DNA of 64,000 bases from Candidatus Hodarchaeota archaeon (GCA_048887225.1 JBHLJY010000001.1:96001-160000); one strand, 5' to 3'; positions 40,232 to 50,106 are shown, counted from the stretch's first letter. Program-made: numbers and translations. The notes: generated by a model from the letters alone, not told the origin.

Positions 40232-41329
40232 TTAATTAGTCGTAAGTTTTGGGGGCGGAACAAACACCTTTCTAGGTTCGATTCTTACTAGCGTCATTGC
40301 TTTCTCAGGGCAGAAATGAGCACAGATACCACATCCAATACATCTATCTTCGTTTACAACGGCAAGAGTATCTTCAAGCTCTACAGCCTCTGCGTTACAC
40401 ATTTCAACGCATGTACCGCACCCTATACAGTCATCTTCGTTCACATTTGCCACATGGGAAGCCAAACTCATTAAAGGGATCCCACCAGCATAATGGATGT
40501 CAAAAGTTCCACAGCAACATTTACAACAATTACACATTCCGTCAAGTTCTCTTTCTGGATCCAGATGAACGTGAAATCCTTTATGAACAAGGCCGTCATC
40601 TTCGCATTGTTTCAATATTGTTTTTGCTTCTTCTTTTGAAATTTGTTCGGCAAAACCTTCTGAGATGAGAAATGAAGCGGCTTTACCAAAAGAGAAACAA
40701 TTTTTTCTATCTTTTGTCTTTTTACAAGGATCGTTAAGAAGATCTTTTCGATGTCTACAATAACAAGTCATTAATCCTATAGGATCATATTTTTCTATAA
40801 CTTTGGAGATTTCTTCAAAAGTAAACACTTTTTCTTCCTTTATTTCGACTTCTTCTTCAACAGGAATAATTCTATCAATTGGATTAGCGTTCTTTAACGC
40901 TTTCATTATTCGATCGTAATTACCTTGAGTCATTTCGACTAACTCTTTAAAAAATTTATCGAATAATTTTGCTAATTTCTTCTCTTTTTCTCCCGTTTCA
41001 CCTCGCATTAAAGTAAACTCAAGTACACCAGGAAAGAAAGGCGTTAATCGATACACCATTATTCCTGTACTTCTACTAGGAATTCCAGTAATTGCCCCAA
41101 TGTGCATAAGATCTTTTAACATTTTCATAAGCGAATCTTCGTCTAAATTGCTTATAGTTTTTACTTCATCAATGTTATATGATGATTTTTTAAACAACAG
41201 AAGGAATTTTGCTTGTTCTTCGGTCATTATTGTTTTCATTACCTCAATAACAGTGTCATTTATAGGGAATGGAAGTTTCGCAGCGTTGATAAAATTACTC
41301 GCAACCTCATACCAAATTTTTTCGGACAT
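40232..41329 (-). CDS. 4Fe-4S dicluster protein with an additional Cys-rich domain
   Basis: CYCR, C..C, GLVH, MCNCCKCCC, then two CIGCG ferredoxin motifs; N-terminal wHTH-like region. Confidence 0.8.
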   Translation of the reverse strand: MSEKIWYEVASNFINAAKLPFPINDTVIEVMKTIMTEEQAKFLLLFKKSSYNIDEVKTISNLDEDSLMKMLKDLMHIGAITGIPSRSTGIMVYRLTPFFPGVLEFTLMRGETGEKEKKLAKLFDKFFKELVEMTQGNYDRIMKALKNANPIDRIIPVEEEVEIKEEKVFTFEEISKVIEKYDPIGLMTCYCRHRKDLLNDPCKKTKDRKNCFSFGKAASFLISEGFAEQISKEEAKTILKQCEDDGLVHKGFHVHLDPERELDGMCNCCKCCCGTFDIHYAGGIPLMSLASHVANVNEDDCIGCGTCVEMCNAEAVELEDTLAVVNEDRCIGCGICAHFCPEKAMTLVRIEPRKVFVPPPKLTTN

Positions 41330-41529
41330 TTTCAAATTTTTCCTAACTTTTTTTAATTTAGAATATATTACTTATGTTTTTTATTTTTGCTAAGAAAGTA
41401 TTTTTTTTATTTTTTAAAACCAGATGGGAGACATCCCGCTCCTTTACTAGACCAAGAAAATTCTCTAAATAGAAGTAAAACCTAATTATAAGAGCGAATT
41501 AAAAAAAAGCAATAATCCATTATTGATTT

Positions 41530-42882
41530 CTATTTTAAATTATTTTGAATTTTTTGAATCCTAAGATCTAGTTTCTGTAATTGTTTATCATGTTTTCCAT
41601 CATCATTTTCAGCAGATAAAATATTCTTAATTTGAAACAAATATTTTAGCGCAATTACATAGTCTTTTTTCTTTTCTGATTTGTTTGCTTGCTCCATGGC
41701 GAATTTTAATTCAACTTCTTTGTTGAGTTTAATAATTTCTAAAATTTTAAACGAGATTTTACCCATCTCCACATCTAAATTGAATTCTCTTGCGTAATTA
41801 AGTGCCTTTTGATATTCAGTTAACGCCTCTTGATATGCAGCATTTTTTTCTGCGATTTCACCTTTCTTCACTGAAGAATGAATTTTTATATGAGCTTCTT
41901 CAAGACTCATATCATGACATTCAAAAATTATATCTTCCATATCTCTTATTTCCATGATTTTTTCAATTACATATTCCCTACTTTGTTTTTCTTGTCTTTC
42001 AGATTCTAATTCTTCCTTTTGATATTCAAAATTTTGCCAAATAATGATATTTTCTCTTATCATCTGATATATATTCCAAAGAATTTCTTCATTCGATATC
42101 ACTCCTAATAGTTTTGAAGTTGTATCTATAAGTGGTGATATAAAAAAATATGTATCTTCTTTTAATAAATCCTTAGCACATTCATATATGGCTTTTTGAA
42201 CTATAGAAAAATTTTCGATTTTATTTGGTGGTATTTGAGTAGAGAGGGTGTGAGGATTAATCAGAGTTATTTCAAAAGTTTTTCCTACTAAGCTTCTAAC
42301 TGGGTCTAGTATACTTAAATCACTTTTTTGCTCAAATTCCTTTAATTCATCTTGATAGTTATATTCACATATATTCGTGAAATTTAAGAGTAATTCTCTT
42401 AAATTATTTGAAGCTCTTCTATCAAGAATTAAACAAATTCTGCATAATTCACCATTACACAAAAGAATATGAAAATTTTTATACTCAAACTCGTAAAATT
42501 TTTTATCTGGATTAATTTTATCTATTAACGTTAGTTCTTCGGACGAAAATGCTATATTTGCATGGATAAAACCAGATATTAGAGTAGCATCAATAGGTAA
42601 ATCGCTTACAGCCATATTAAATGCGGGTACGCCTCCTTTAGTAAGAATTATTACATGTCTTATACTTGTTATATCTTGGTACTTCCTCCAAATATGTTTA
42701 TATAATATTTTTTTTCTTTTTTGTTCTGAATCTTGTTCAATAGCTTCAATAATATCCACTAAAAAATTAGCGTCGCTAAATTTTTTCGATAAACACCTAA
42801 AGCAGTTTTCTGGATATCCCTCTTGACAAACCGATTTGTCCACTCCGCAATCAAATCCCGAGATCAATTTAAAATATGTCAA
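41530..42882 (-). CDS. Longin-like domain protein with N-terminal Cys cluster and C-terminal TPR-like helices
   Basis: N-terminal Cys4 cluster ending CFRC; HVIILTKGGVP...IDATLISGF...FEYKNFHILL; YQEALTEYQKAL and YVIALKYL. Confidence 0.6.
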   Translation of the reverse strand: MTYFKLISGFDCGVDKSVCQEGYPENCFRCLSKKFSDANFLVDIIEAIEQDSEQKRKKILYKHIWRKYQDITSIRHVIILTKGGVPAFNMAVSDLPIDATLISGFIHANIAFSSEELTLIDKINPDKKFYEFEYKNFHILLCNGELCRICLILDRRASNNLRELLLNFTNICEYNYQDELKEFEQKSDLSILDPVRSLVGKTFEITLINPHTLSTQIPPNKIENFSIVQKAIYECAKDLLKEDTYFFISPLIDTTSKLLGVISNEEILWNIYQMIRENIIIWQNFEYQKEELESERQEKQSREYVIEKIMEIRDMEDIIFECHDMSLEEAHIKIHSSVKKGEIAEKNAAYQEALTEYQKALNYAREFNLDVEMGKISFKILEIIKLNKEVELKFAMEQANKSEKKKDYVIALKYLFQIKNILSAENDDGKHDKQLQKLDLRIQKIQNNLK

Positions 42883-43146
42883 ATAACCACCTTATGCTTA
42901 AAATTAAATATCTAATTACTTAATAATTTAATAAAAGTTTTTTTTATACTGTATCTAATAAAAAAATCCATATATTTAATTCTTAATAGTTATATTAGCA
43001 TCTTTTAAAATTTTAATGAAAAATTCCCTAGGACCTGATTCTCGCCTCTATTAAGCTGTTAATGCTTTCACCTTGAAAAAAATATAAATATAGAGCTAGA
43101 TAAACTTTAAGTAATACTCATTTTACAAAAAGAGGAGATACTGAAA

Positions 43147-43662
43147 TTGAAAAAAAAATTACAATTTGGATTTATGTTGACAATTTTTTTAGTCTCAGTT
43201 GTAACAGCAATTATTTTGTTCTCAAGCGCAAATACAAACATCACTAATAATTCTGCTATTGATGATGAAGCAAAATTAACAGTAGAAGCTGAAATCGACA
43301 ATAGAAAGGAGCCAAACACGGCACTAACTGAACCACAAGAGGGTGAAGTTGACGTTGTATTTAATCTTACAGTTGATGTTGGATGTAAGATAGGACTTGG
43401 AAATGATAAAAAAAAAATAAATCCATCCAAGCAATGGCAATATCATTTAGAATTCATAAATATTCCCGGAATATACGATACAGAAGCTAAAGAGATTAAA
43501 GATTTGGACATAATTATTGAAGAGTTCGTTGAAAATTGGCTTGAAAATAATGTTAAGAATAAGGGAAGAAAAAAGAAGATGCTTGAACGATATGTTATCA
43601 TTGATTATGAGGTTATAATGGAATTGCTACCGGAGCCACCAGAGCCACCAGGACCCGCATAA
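43147..43662 (+). CDS. Hypothetical membrane-anchored/secreted protein with Pro-rich tail
   Basis: N-terminal basic + hydrophobic segment, NIT/NNS sequons, PEPPEPPGPA end; T-run follows. Confidence 0.6.
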   Translation: MKKKLQFGFMLTIFLVSVVTAIILFSSANTNITNNSAIDDEAKLTVEAEIDNRKEPNTALTEPQEGEVDVVFNLTVDVGCKIGLGNDKKKINPSKQWQYHLEFINIPGIYDTEAKEIKDLDIIIEEFVENWLENNVKNKGRKKKMLERYVIIDYEVIMELLPEPPEPPGPA

Positions 43663-43856
43663 TTTTTAATTATTCTCTTTTTTTTTATTTTTTAAGGAGT
43701 CTAATAATTAGAGCAAGTATAATACTGAAAATTTTAAAATTTTATTGAAATTAATTCTCTTCCGTCGAAGTTAATAATTAATCCTAAGAAATTTATACTA
43801 TGTATTTTTTATATTAAATTACTTACTTCAAGTTAATTTTTAAAGGTGGGATATCT

Positions 43857-44705
43857 TTGTGTAAAATCTGTAGAATGCATGCTGAGGGTCATGGTAAGTG
43901 GTATTTAAATCCCAAGGGCTATTCAGAGGAATTATTTTATAAATTATCATTACTTGATCGTATTTTAGGCAGAAAATCCAAAAAAGTCAGAGTTGCGCTT
44001 AAAGACAATGATTCGTCTTGGTTTCCTCTTGGTATTTCAAAACTTATGGATCAGGTTGACTTGGTGAGTAAGCCTCTAATTGGCCGCTTAGTTAGAATGA
44101 TCGGAAATCGTGTCGCTCTCCGTTCTCACTCAGGTCAGGTTGTTCCATTAGAAGATGCGTTTAAAATTGTGGATTTGAGTTACGATCACGTTGTTTACCC
44201 TTGCATGTGTAAAAGACTTTTTAAAGGTCATGACGAATATAAATGCCTTAATTTTGCTCCACTCACAGAAGAAAATAGAAAAAGTCCGAGAGCTTGGAAG
44301 GAAAAACATCTCAGTCCTGAAGAAGCAAAAGCAAAGTTAGAAGAATTCTCAGAAAAAGGATACGTTCATGCGGTTTTCTGGTGGTATGGAATGCCCCAGG
44401 CAGTTTGCATCTGTAACTGTGATAACAAGTATTGTTTTGCGGCGAGACCTAGATTGTGGTATGATGTAGAAAATACATACAGAAGGGCAGAGTATGTAGC
44501 CAAAGTTAATGGTGATGAATGTATCAGTTGCGGCAATTGTATAGAACGCTGCCAATTTGGGGCAATATCCTTAGGAAAGGACGACCGGGCTATAATAGAA
44601 CCAACAATTTGCTTTGGTTGTGGGCAATGCAGAGTTGTATGCGAGCAGAACGCCATAAAGCTTCTTGATAGAAACACTCATTTAGTAGCGCAAAAAATTT
44701 GGTAA
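43857..44705 (+). CDS. 4Fe-4S dicluster protein (same family as 40232..41329)
   Basis: CMCK, GYVH, ICNCDNKYC, CISCGNC...C, CFGCGQC...C; N-terminal CKICRMH. Confidence 0.8.
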   Translation: MCKICRMHAEGHGKWYLNPKGYSEELFYKLSLLDRILGRKSKKVRVALKDNDSSWFPLGISKLMDQVDLVSKPLIGRLVRMIGNRVALRSHSGQVVPLEDAFKIVDLSYDHVVYPCMCKRLFKGHDEYKCLNFAPLTEENRKSPRAWKEKHLSPEEAKAKLEEFSEKGYVHAVFWWYGMPQAVCICNCDNKYCFAARPRLWYDVENTYRRAEYVAKVNGDECISCGNCIERCQFGAISLGKDDRAIIEPTICFGCGQCRVVCEQNAIKLLDRNTHLVAQKIW

Positions 44706-44721
44706 GAGGGAAGCATATAAA

Positions 44722-44985
44722 ATGGTAAAATTCTATTATGATAACAAGAAATGCGAATTACTTTACGATCAAGCAGAATATCGACCCACAAAATGTTTAA
44801 AATGTCTTGATATCTGTCCTTATTCTCTGTTAATGTTTGTACCAATGAAGGAAATGCGTAAGGATGGAGCCCCTTCAAAATTTAAAATTCACCTAACTTT
44901 CAGGTCCTATGCTGATAAATTTTGTCCTGAATGCTTGAAATGTGTTGAAGAATGCCCCTCCAATGCTATAAAAATAAAGATTTAG
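44722..44985 (+). CDS. Ferredoxin-like 2x[4Fe-4S] protein
   Basis: C...CLKCLDICP and CPECLKCVEECP. Confidence 0.8.
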   Translation: MVKFYYDNKKCELLYDQAEYRPTKCLKCLDICPYSLLMFVPMKEMRKDGAPSKFKIHLTFRSYADKFCPECLKCVEECPSNAIKIKI

Positions 44986-45050
44986 ATCTAATTCTTGTAT
45001 ATTCAAATATTATACATATTAATTATTTAGTCAAATTAGTAAAATATAAT

Positions 45051-45212
45051 ATGAGCAATAAAAAAAAACACATTGATGATTGTGGTTGCGAGCATCATCC
45101 GCGTGGAAAAAATCCCTCACACCACATAGATGATAAATGTCCTACTGATTTAGTTTTTGATAATCTAATAGAGACCTTAAAAAAGGAATTTAAAAAAGAT
45201 TTCGAAGATTAA
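45051..45212 (+). CDS. Small His/Cys-rich peptide (53 aa)
   Basis: MSNKKKHIDDCGCEHHPRGKNPSHHIDDKCPTD...; ATG 45051 preferred over the AT-rich 5' extension from 44952. Confidence 0.55.
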   Translation: MSNKKKHIDDCGCEHHPRGKNPSHHIDDKCPTDLVFDNLIETLKKEFKKDFED

Positions 45213-45309
45213 TAAGTTCAAAATAAGTTAATCTTTAAAGGACTGAATAAAACGTATAGAAACACTGGAATTGAAAAAGTAAAAAAATTTAATTTTAAGA
45301 GCTTTTTAC

Positions 45310-45894
45310 TCATAATGAGTAAGAAGTTGAAAATTCAGGGTAAACTAACTTTTCTTCATGCATTTGCTGTAATGCTAACTCAAATACGAGTCTGAAAACA
45401 TTATTTACATTATATCCCGTTTTAGAAGATGCTTTTATGTAATATTCTTTTTTTATTTCGCACATTTCTGCTATCTCAAAAACTACATCATCTTGAATCC
45501 CAGGATAATAATTTTCATTAATAAGATCGTGTTTTGTACCGACTAGAATTAAAGGAAGTCTATTATTCTTTGAACGAAACATGTTTGCCCAGTACGGTAT
45601 GTTTTCTAAACTGTGTATACTCGTTAAATCAAAGAGTAATACGCCAACATCTGCCCCATTTACATGGCATTCGTGTAAAAAACGAAATCTTTCTTGCCCT
45701 CCCAAATCCCATATTTGCAGCTTACAATGTGTAGAGTTAAAACTCCATTCTTTTACAAAAAAATCTAAGCCTATTGTCATAATCATATTTTCTACGAATA
45801 TTCCTTTGGTATATTTATTGAGCATTGTCGTTTTACCGACTCCTCCGTTACCGCCCATTATTATTTTAAAAAGGTAATTTGTCATAGACGACAT
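45310..45894 (-). CDS. Rab-like small GTPase (second copy)
   Basis: GNGGVGKT, TIGLDF, WDLGGQERF, TKHD, SSK; no prenylation Cys. Confidence 0.92.
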   Translation of the reverse strand: MSSMTNYLFKIIMGGNGGVGKTTMLNKYTKGIFVENMIMTIGLDFFVKEWSFNSTHCKLQIWDLGGQERFRFLHECHVNGADVGVLLFDLTSIHSLENIPYWANMFRSKNNRLPLILVGTKHDLINENYYPGIQDDVVFEIAEMCEIKKEYYIKASSKTGYNVNNVFRLVFELALQQMHEEKLVYPEFSTSYSL

Positions 45895-46139
45895 TTTTGA
45901 CTAAAGATATATTCTTATTAATAAAAAAAAAATAATCTTCATATTTAAATAAACGGTTATTTCCCTTATGTCGCAAGACAAAAGGAAAAATTAACTAACT
46001 TAAAGAATAAATATAATCAATAATTTCACTTAATATATTTTATTCGGTTTAGTAATACAACTTAAAAAACATGAAATCGTATTTTAGATTATACGTTCTA
46101 ATTTGAAATATTTAAAAACACTATGTTTAAATTTGGAAA

Positions 46140-48047
46140 TTATAGGTATTTTTCTAATCCAAGGGTTTTAACTTTCTCTTGAGTAGGGAGACCATTCTCT
46201 TTATCCCACCCCCGCTCGTCATAATAATCGTTGAGCAATTGATTTGCGATTTCAGGTGTTATCTTAGTTTCGCCAAAAAAATCCAGAAAGTTAAGCGTAT
46301 TTTTTCCAAATTGTAATGGTTCAAACCATCCTTTTGGAAAATTATCATCATTTCGAGTAAAACCTACTTTTGCGTTCAATAATTTAAGTAAATTCCAAGT
46401 GCGTTCGGCAGCTAACATCAAATCTTCAGGGAGCATATCAAAACTAGTCACAGCATTAAAAAATTCTGTAGCAGATTCCAGACTATAGAAACGATTTATT
46501 TGAGCCCTAGCACATAGTCCAAGGGAAGTTAGCACAGTATACCAATCCTCTGAGTAGCGAGTTAATCGTCCAACATTAATGACCATTTCTTGCATAGGAG
46601 GAGAGAAAATTCTATTTATAGCAGGATCAGGAATGCCCATTCGCTTGAAATGAGACTTGAATTTCTCTGGGGAGGAACCTGCGCCAATATAAGTAGGGGA
46701 GCCTCCTGATGCTACATGAGCACCTTTAGGATTCACTACTTGTTCAAATTCCATCGTGCCAAGGTGTAATAATCTTGGTTCAAAGACGATGTCTAAACCT
46801 TTTATAGCAAGTATTTTATCAGAAAGATCATCGTAAGCTTTAGTCAATTTACTGAATCCATCAGCCAAAATATCTCCAAACCCTTTTCTACGCGCAATCA
46901 TTTCAATTGCTCGGATTAAAGTATTGTAATCCTGTTTAAATTCCATATTGGTGTTTTTTTTGGTTAAGATTCCGGTTTCATATAATTTGGTACATAAATC
47001 TAGAAGCGCTGTTACCATCATGTAATCTAAGCCATATCTATTGCATAGATCACACGCTTTAATTGCCTCATAGTTATAATTTAAATCTTCAAGCTCCGTA
47101 AACAATAAAAAGGGATTAATAATCGAAGAGGTATAATGAATAAGCCCTTTAAAATCACCCTCTTTAAGTTCAAGAATATCTTTATCACCCATTGGGCAAG
47201 ATGGACAAGCTATGCGCCGTTTTTTCAATTCTTTAAGGTAAATACGTTCACTACATTGTCGAGCCTTTTGATTTTGTCCTGATGCTTTGAAGAGCATTCC
47301 TACTGGCAGACTTCTTAGCATTCCAAGGTCGTGCCAAGATTTTCTATGCGGGTAATTTCTGATGCGCTCAAAAAGCTTTTTATACAATTTATTAAATTCC
47401 TTTGGGCGTGCGATGGAAATGCCTTTTGTTCCTTTCGCAACAATTGCCTTAAGGTTCTTAGAACCCAAAACAGCTCCAAGTCCACCACGACCTAATGTTG
47501 AAGTTTTATCAATTAAAGCCATAGAAATTTTAACTAAATTTTCTCCCGCTTGACCAATTGCAATAGTTCCGCAAGAGTTAAATTTTTTTCTGAGGGCGTT
47601 GTGCGTTTCTATGATATCTTTACCCCATAAATTTTCAGCATCGCATAGTTCAATGTGGTCGTTCCATATTAGCAAATATACTGGTTTTTCTGCTTTTCCC
47701 GATAATATCACATGGTCATATCCAGCGTGCTTTAAATTGAATCCGAAACTCATACTACCACAAGAATAGGCAATTGCCCCTGTCGAGGGGAATTTAGTGT
47801 TGCCAACAATTCGAGAAGAGCCAGGCGTAATAGTACCGACTAAAGGACCTGTGCCTATTACAATAAAATTTTCAGAAGAAAGAGCGTCGATCTTGGGTTT
47901 AATCAATTCAGTGATAAGCTTAGTATTTATTCCGAGGGCCCCAATAAATTGTTTAACGTCGTCGAGGCCTAGTTGAGCGATTGAAATTTTGTTATTTGTT
48001 AAATCTATATTAAGAATATTGCCTGTATAACCGAACCATTCCCTCAA
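46140..48047 (-). CDS. aor: Tungsten aldehyde:ferredoxin oxidoreductase family protein
   Basis: GYTGNIL, IGQAGENLV, GRGGLGAVLGSKNLKA, CPSCPMG, YYDERGWD; TTG 48047 with GGAGGTGGAGG RBS overlaps the upstream stop (TTGA). Confidence 0.9.
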   Translation of the reverse strand: MREWFGYTGNILNIDLTNNKISIAQLGLDDVKQFIGALGINTKLITELIKPKIDALSSENFIVIGTGPLVGTITPGSSRIVGNTKFPSTGAIAYSCGSMSFGFNLKHAGYDHVILSGKAEKPVYLLIWNDHIELCDAENLWGKDIIETHNALRKKFNSCGTIAIGQAGENLVKISMALIDKTSTLGRGGLGAVLGSKNLKAIVAKGTKGISIARPKEFNKLYKKLFERIRNYPHRKSWHDLGMLRSLPVGMLFKASGQNQKARQCSERIYLKELKKRRIACPSCPMGDKDILELKEGDFKGLIHYTSSIINPFLLFTELEDLNYNYEAIKACDLCNRYGLDYMMVTALLDLCTKLYETGILTKKNTNMEFKQDYNTLIRAIEMIARRKGFGDILADGFSKLTKAYDDLSDKILAIKGLDIVFEPRLLHLGTMEFEQVVNPKGAHVASGGSPTYIGAGSSPEKFKSHFKRMGIPDPAINRIFSPPMQEMVINVGRLTRYSEDWYTVLTSLGLCARAQINRFYSLESATEFFNAVTSFDMLPEDLMLAAERTWNLLKLLNAKVGFTRNDDNFPKGWFEPLQFGKNTLNFLDFFGETKITPEIANQLLNDYYDERGWDKENGLPTQEKVKTLGLEKYL

Positions 48048-48289
48048 ACCTCCACCTCCTTTAGTTCTAAAGCACCATAAAGACAATGTTTAGCACACTG
48101 ACCGCAACGAAGGCAGCTATTTAAAAAAGAGATTTTCGGACTTAAACCATGTCCATTTACCACTTGAATATGCGCTTCAGAGAGATTAAATTTTTTCGAG
48201 TGAAAAAGAGAACATGTTAATTGGCAAATCAAACATCCTGTACAATTATTTTCGTGGACAATAATAACTATGGAAATTTTTTTTGCCAT
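48044..48289 (-). CDS. 4Fe-4S ferredoxin-like partner of AOR
   Basis: CTGCLICQLTCS, CLRCGQCAKHC; stop codon overlaps the aor start. Confidence 0.85.
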   Translation of the reverse strand: MAKKISIVIIVHENNCTGCLICQLTCSLFHSKKFNLSEAHIQVVNGHGLSPKISFLNSCLRCGQCAKHCLYGALELKEVEV

Positions 48290-48424
48290 AGTAATAATTT
48301 TTCTTAAATATTAAATAAGTATTTTTTTAAAGAAAATAAATTTTGCTGAAATTATCTTTTTGTTTTCCTTACTTTCTAAAAACCGCTTTTTTCCTTAAAT
48401 TATTAAAAAAGGATAAAATGATAT

Positions 48425-49498
48425 CTAACGCCACTCACAGCCACATTCGCCGCATCTCAATTTCTTGCCGTAAATTCGTGGATAAACCGAAATAAGGTTA
48501 GTTTTATCAAGGATTTCGTGAATAAATCTTCTATTTGTATTACCACATTTAGGACAGCTTTTTCTCCCTACAGAGGATTCAATTGGTGTTTCTTTTTCCA
48601 TTAGTAATGCTGATCCCGTTCCATATTCTTTATCGTAAAATGGGGTCGAGATTTTTGGTTTCTCCATTGATCTTTCTCTGATCATTCTTGCTACAATCCC
48701 TTTTGGAATTTCAGGAAATTTTTCAAAAGACCTTCTTTTCACTTTTACGCTTACAATTTCTTTTTCTTTCCGTTGGGTGATTTCAGGAGTCACTTCCACA
48801 ATTCCTTTAAGGTTTAAATTTTCGATCTCTAATTCAGTAATTTTTTCGTTTAAGTCAATAATTAGTTTTTCTAATTTAGCAATGATAAATCTATCACTTT
48901 TTAGTTTTTCGCAATATTTATTAACTCGTTTGTTCTCCTCTTCTAAATTGGAGATTTTTTCGTTTAAACCAAGAATATGTTCTTCGAGATCAACAATATC
49001 TAACTGGTAATGCTTTTTGGCCTCATCACTTTTAGAAAGTAATTCTTTCTCCTTTTTAAGCTCTAATATTTCTTGGTTTATTGTTTCTTTGCTTTTAAGT
49101 AACTCTCTATTTTCCACTTGTAACTTACTAATTTGTTTTTCTAAATTAGCAATTTCTTCGTTTAACCAATCAATTTCTCCTTGTAGCTCTGTTTTTTCGT
49201 CCTTTATCTTCTCTATTGTATCGGATTTAATTCCTAAAACTATTAGATCATCAATATCTTTGCTTTTTTCTAATTCTGTAGCTAATTCATCGATTCTTTC
49301 TTTAAAAAGTTGTTTCTCGTGTTCTTTTTGAGCTAACTCTCGTTTTTGTGAAGCTATAATACTCTTAAAATTTAAAATCTCGTCGTTTTTTAATTTATTT
49401 ATCACGTTGCGCAGTTTTTTAATAGTATTTTCCAATTCAGAGCGAGTTTTTTGTTCGCTATCGTAAGAATCAAGCAAGTTTTCTATATCCTTAGTCAT
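48425..49498 (-). CDS. Coiled-coil protein with C-terminal zinc ribbon
   Basis: About 230 aa of heptad E/K/L-rich sequence; CPKCGN...CGECGCEW at the C-terminus. Confidence 0.7.
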   Translation of the reverse strand: MTKDIENLLDSYDSEQKTRSELENTIKKLRNVINKLKNDEILNFKSIIASQKRELAQKEHEKQLFKERIDELATELEKSKDIDDLIVLGIKSDTIEKIKDEKTELQGEIDWLNEEIANLEKQISKLQVENRELLKSKETINQEILELKKEKELLSKSDEAKKHYQLDIVDLEEHILGLNEKISNLEEENKRVNKYCEKLKSDRFIIAKLEKLIIDLNEKITELEIENLNLKGIVEVTPEITQRKEKEIVSVKVKRRSFEKFPEIPKGIVARMIRERSMEKPKISTPFYDKEYGTGSALLMEKETPIESSVGRKSCPKCGNTNRRFIHEILDKTNLISVYPRIYGKKLRCGECGCEWR

Positions 49499-49621
49499 AA
49501 TCCTAAAGCCCAGATTATTTTATAATTTTATAAAATTAACCTTGTTTAAAAATTAATCAAGCTTATATTAAAAACTTAAGGAAACTAATCTAATTTTTAA
49601 TTTCAACTTTTTTATTTATTT

Positions 49622-49655
49622 GGGCAAAATTACAGATAATATACGGGCAAAATTA
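49622..49655. repeat. Perfect 11-bp direct repeat GGGCAAAATTA (23-bp period)
   Basis: Copies at 49622-49632 and 49645-49655, upstream of the coiled-coil gene. Confidence 0.6.
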
Positions 49656-49665
49656 ATTATTAATG

Positions 49666-50106
49666 CTATTTTTCTAATATTTTTTTCAAATTTTCTCCTT
49701 CTTCAATCATATGCTGAGTAATAGATCTTACTGACTTCTTAGCTAGTTTTGAAAGCAGCTTGCCTATACGAAAATCAAGAGTAGCAGTGAAAATACTACC
49801 ATTTTCAGTAGGTTCTATTTCAAAGGTTCCGCCATAGAGTAATAATTTTAATGATCCAACTGTCTTAAACTCAAATAATTTATTAGAGATAAGTCTTTTT
49901 AATTTAGCCCTTAGTTTAAGTAATTCACCTTTAACTTCTTCTTCAGTATACATTATTGAACCGACTTCATTTGGTTCTCCTTTTTCCCAATTTGCTTTTA
50001 TATGTGCTGGATGCCATTCGCAATAATTATCAACAAAATTTAATAACCAATTCCAAATTTTTTCCGGCTGGACATTTATTTCAATAGATTCTCTAAGTGT
50101 TTTAAT
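49666..50106 (-). CDS. SRPBCC/polyketide-cyclase family protein, probable ATT/ATA start
   Basis: Frame continues 5' of ATG 49953 as IKTLRESIEINVQPEKIWNWL...YCEWHP up to an in-frame TGA inside the GGTGA RBS; C-terminal HMIEEGENLKKILE. Confidence 0.8.
   Translation of the reverse strand: MKTLRESIEINVQPEKIWNWLLNFVDNYCEWHPAHIKANWEKGEPNEVGSIMYTEEEVKGELLKLRAKLKRLISNKLFEFKTVGSLKLLLYGGTFEIEPTENGSIFTATLDFRIGKLLSKLAKKSVRSITQHMIEEGENLKKILEK

Noticed and set aside
41424-41440. Small hairpin GGGA-GACA-TCCC in an intergenic region
   Set aside because: Only a 4-bp stem; no tRNA, SECIS or repeat context.
44952-45050. 5' extension of the His/Cys peptide ORF in the ORF track
   Set aside because: Overlaps the ferredoxin gene end and crosses AT-rich promoter-like DNA; ATG 45051 is more plausible.
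48048-48086. ORF-track start of aor at 48086
   Set aside because: The apparent GGGG peptide is the GGAGGTGGAGG RBS; TTG 48047 overlapping the upstream stop fits better.
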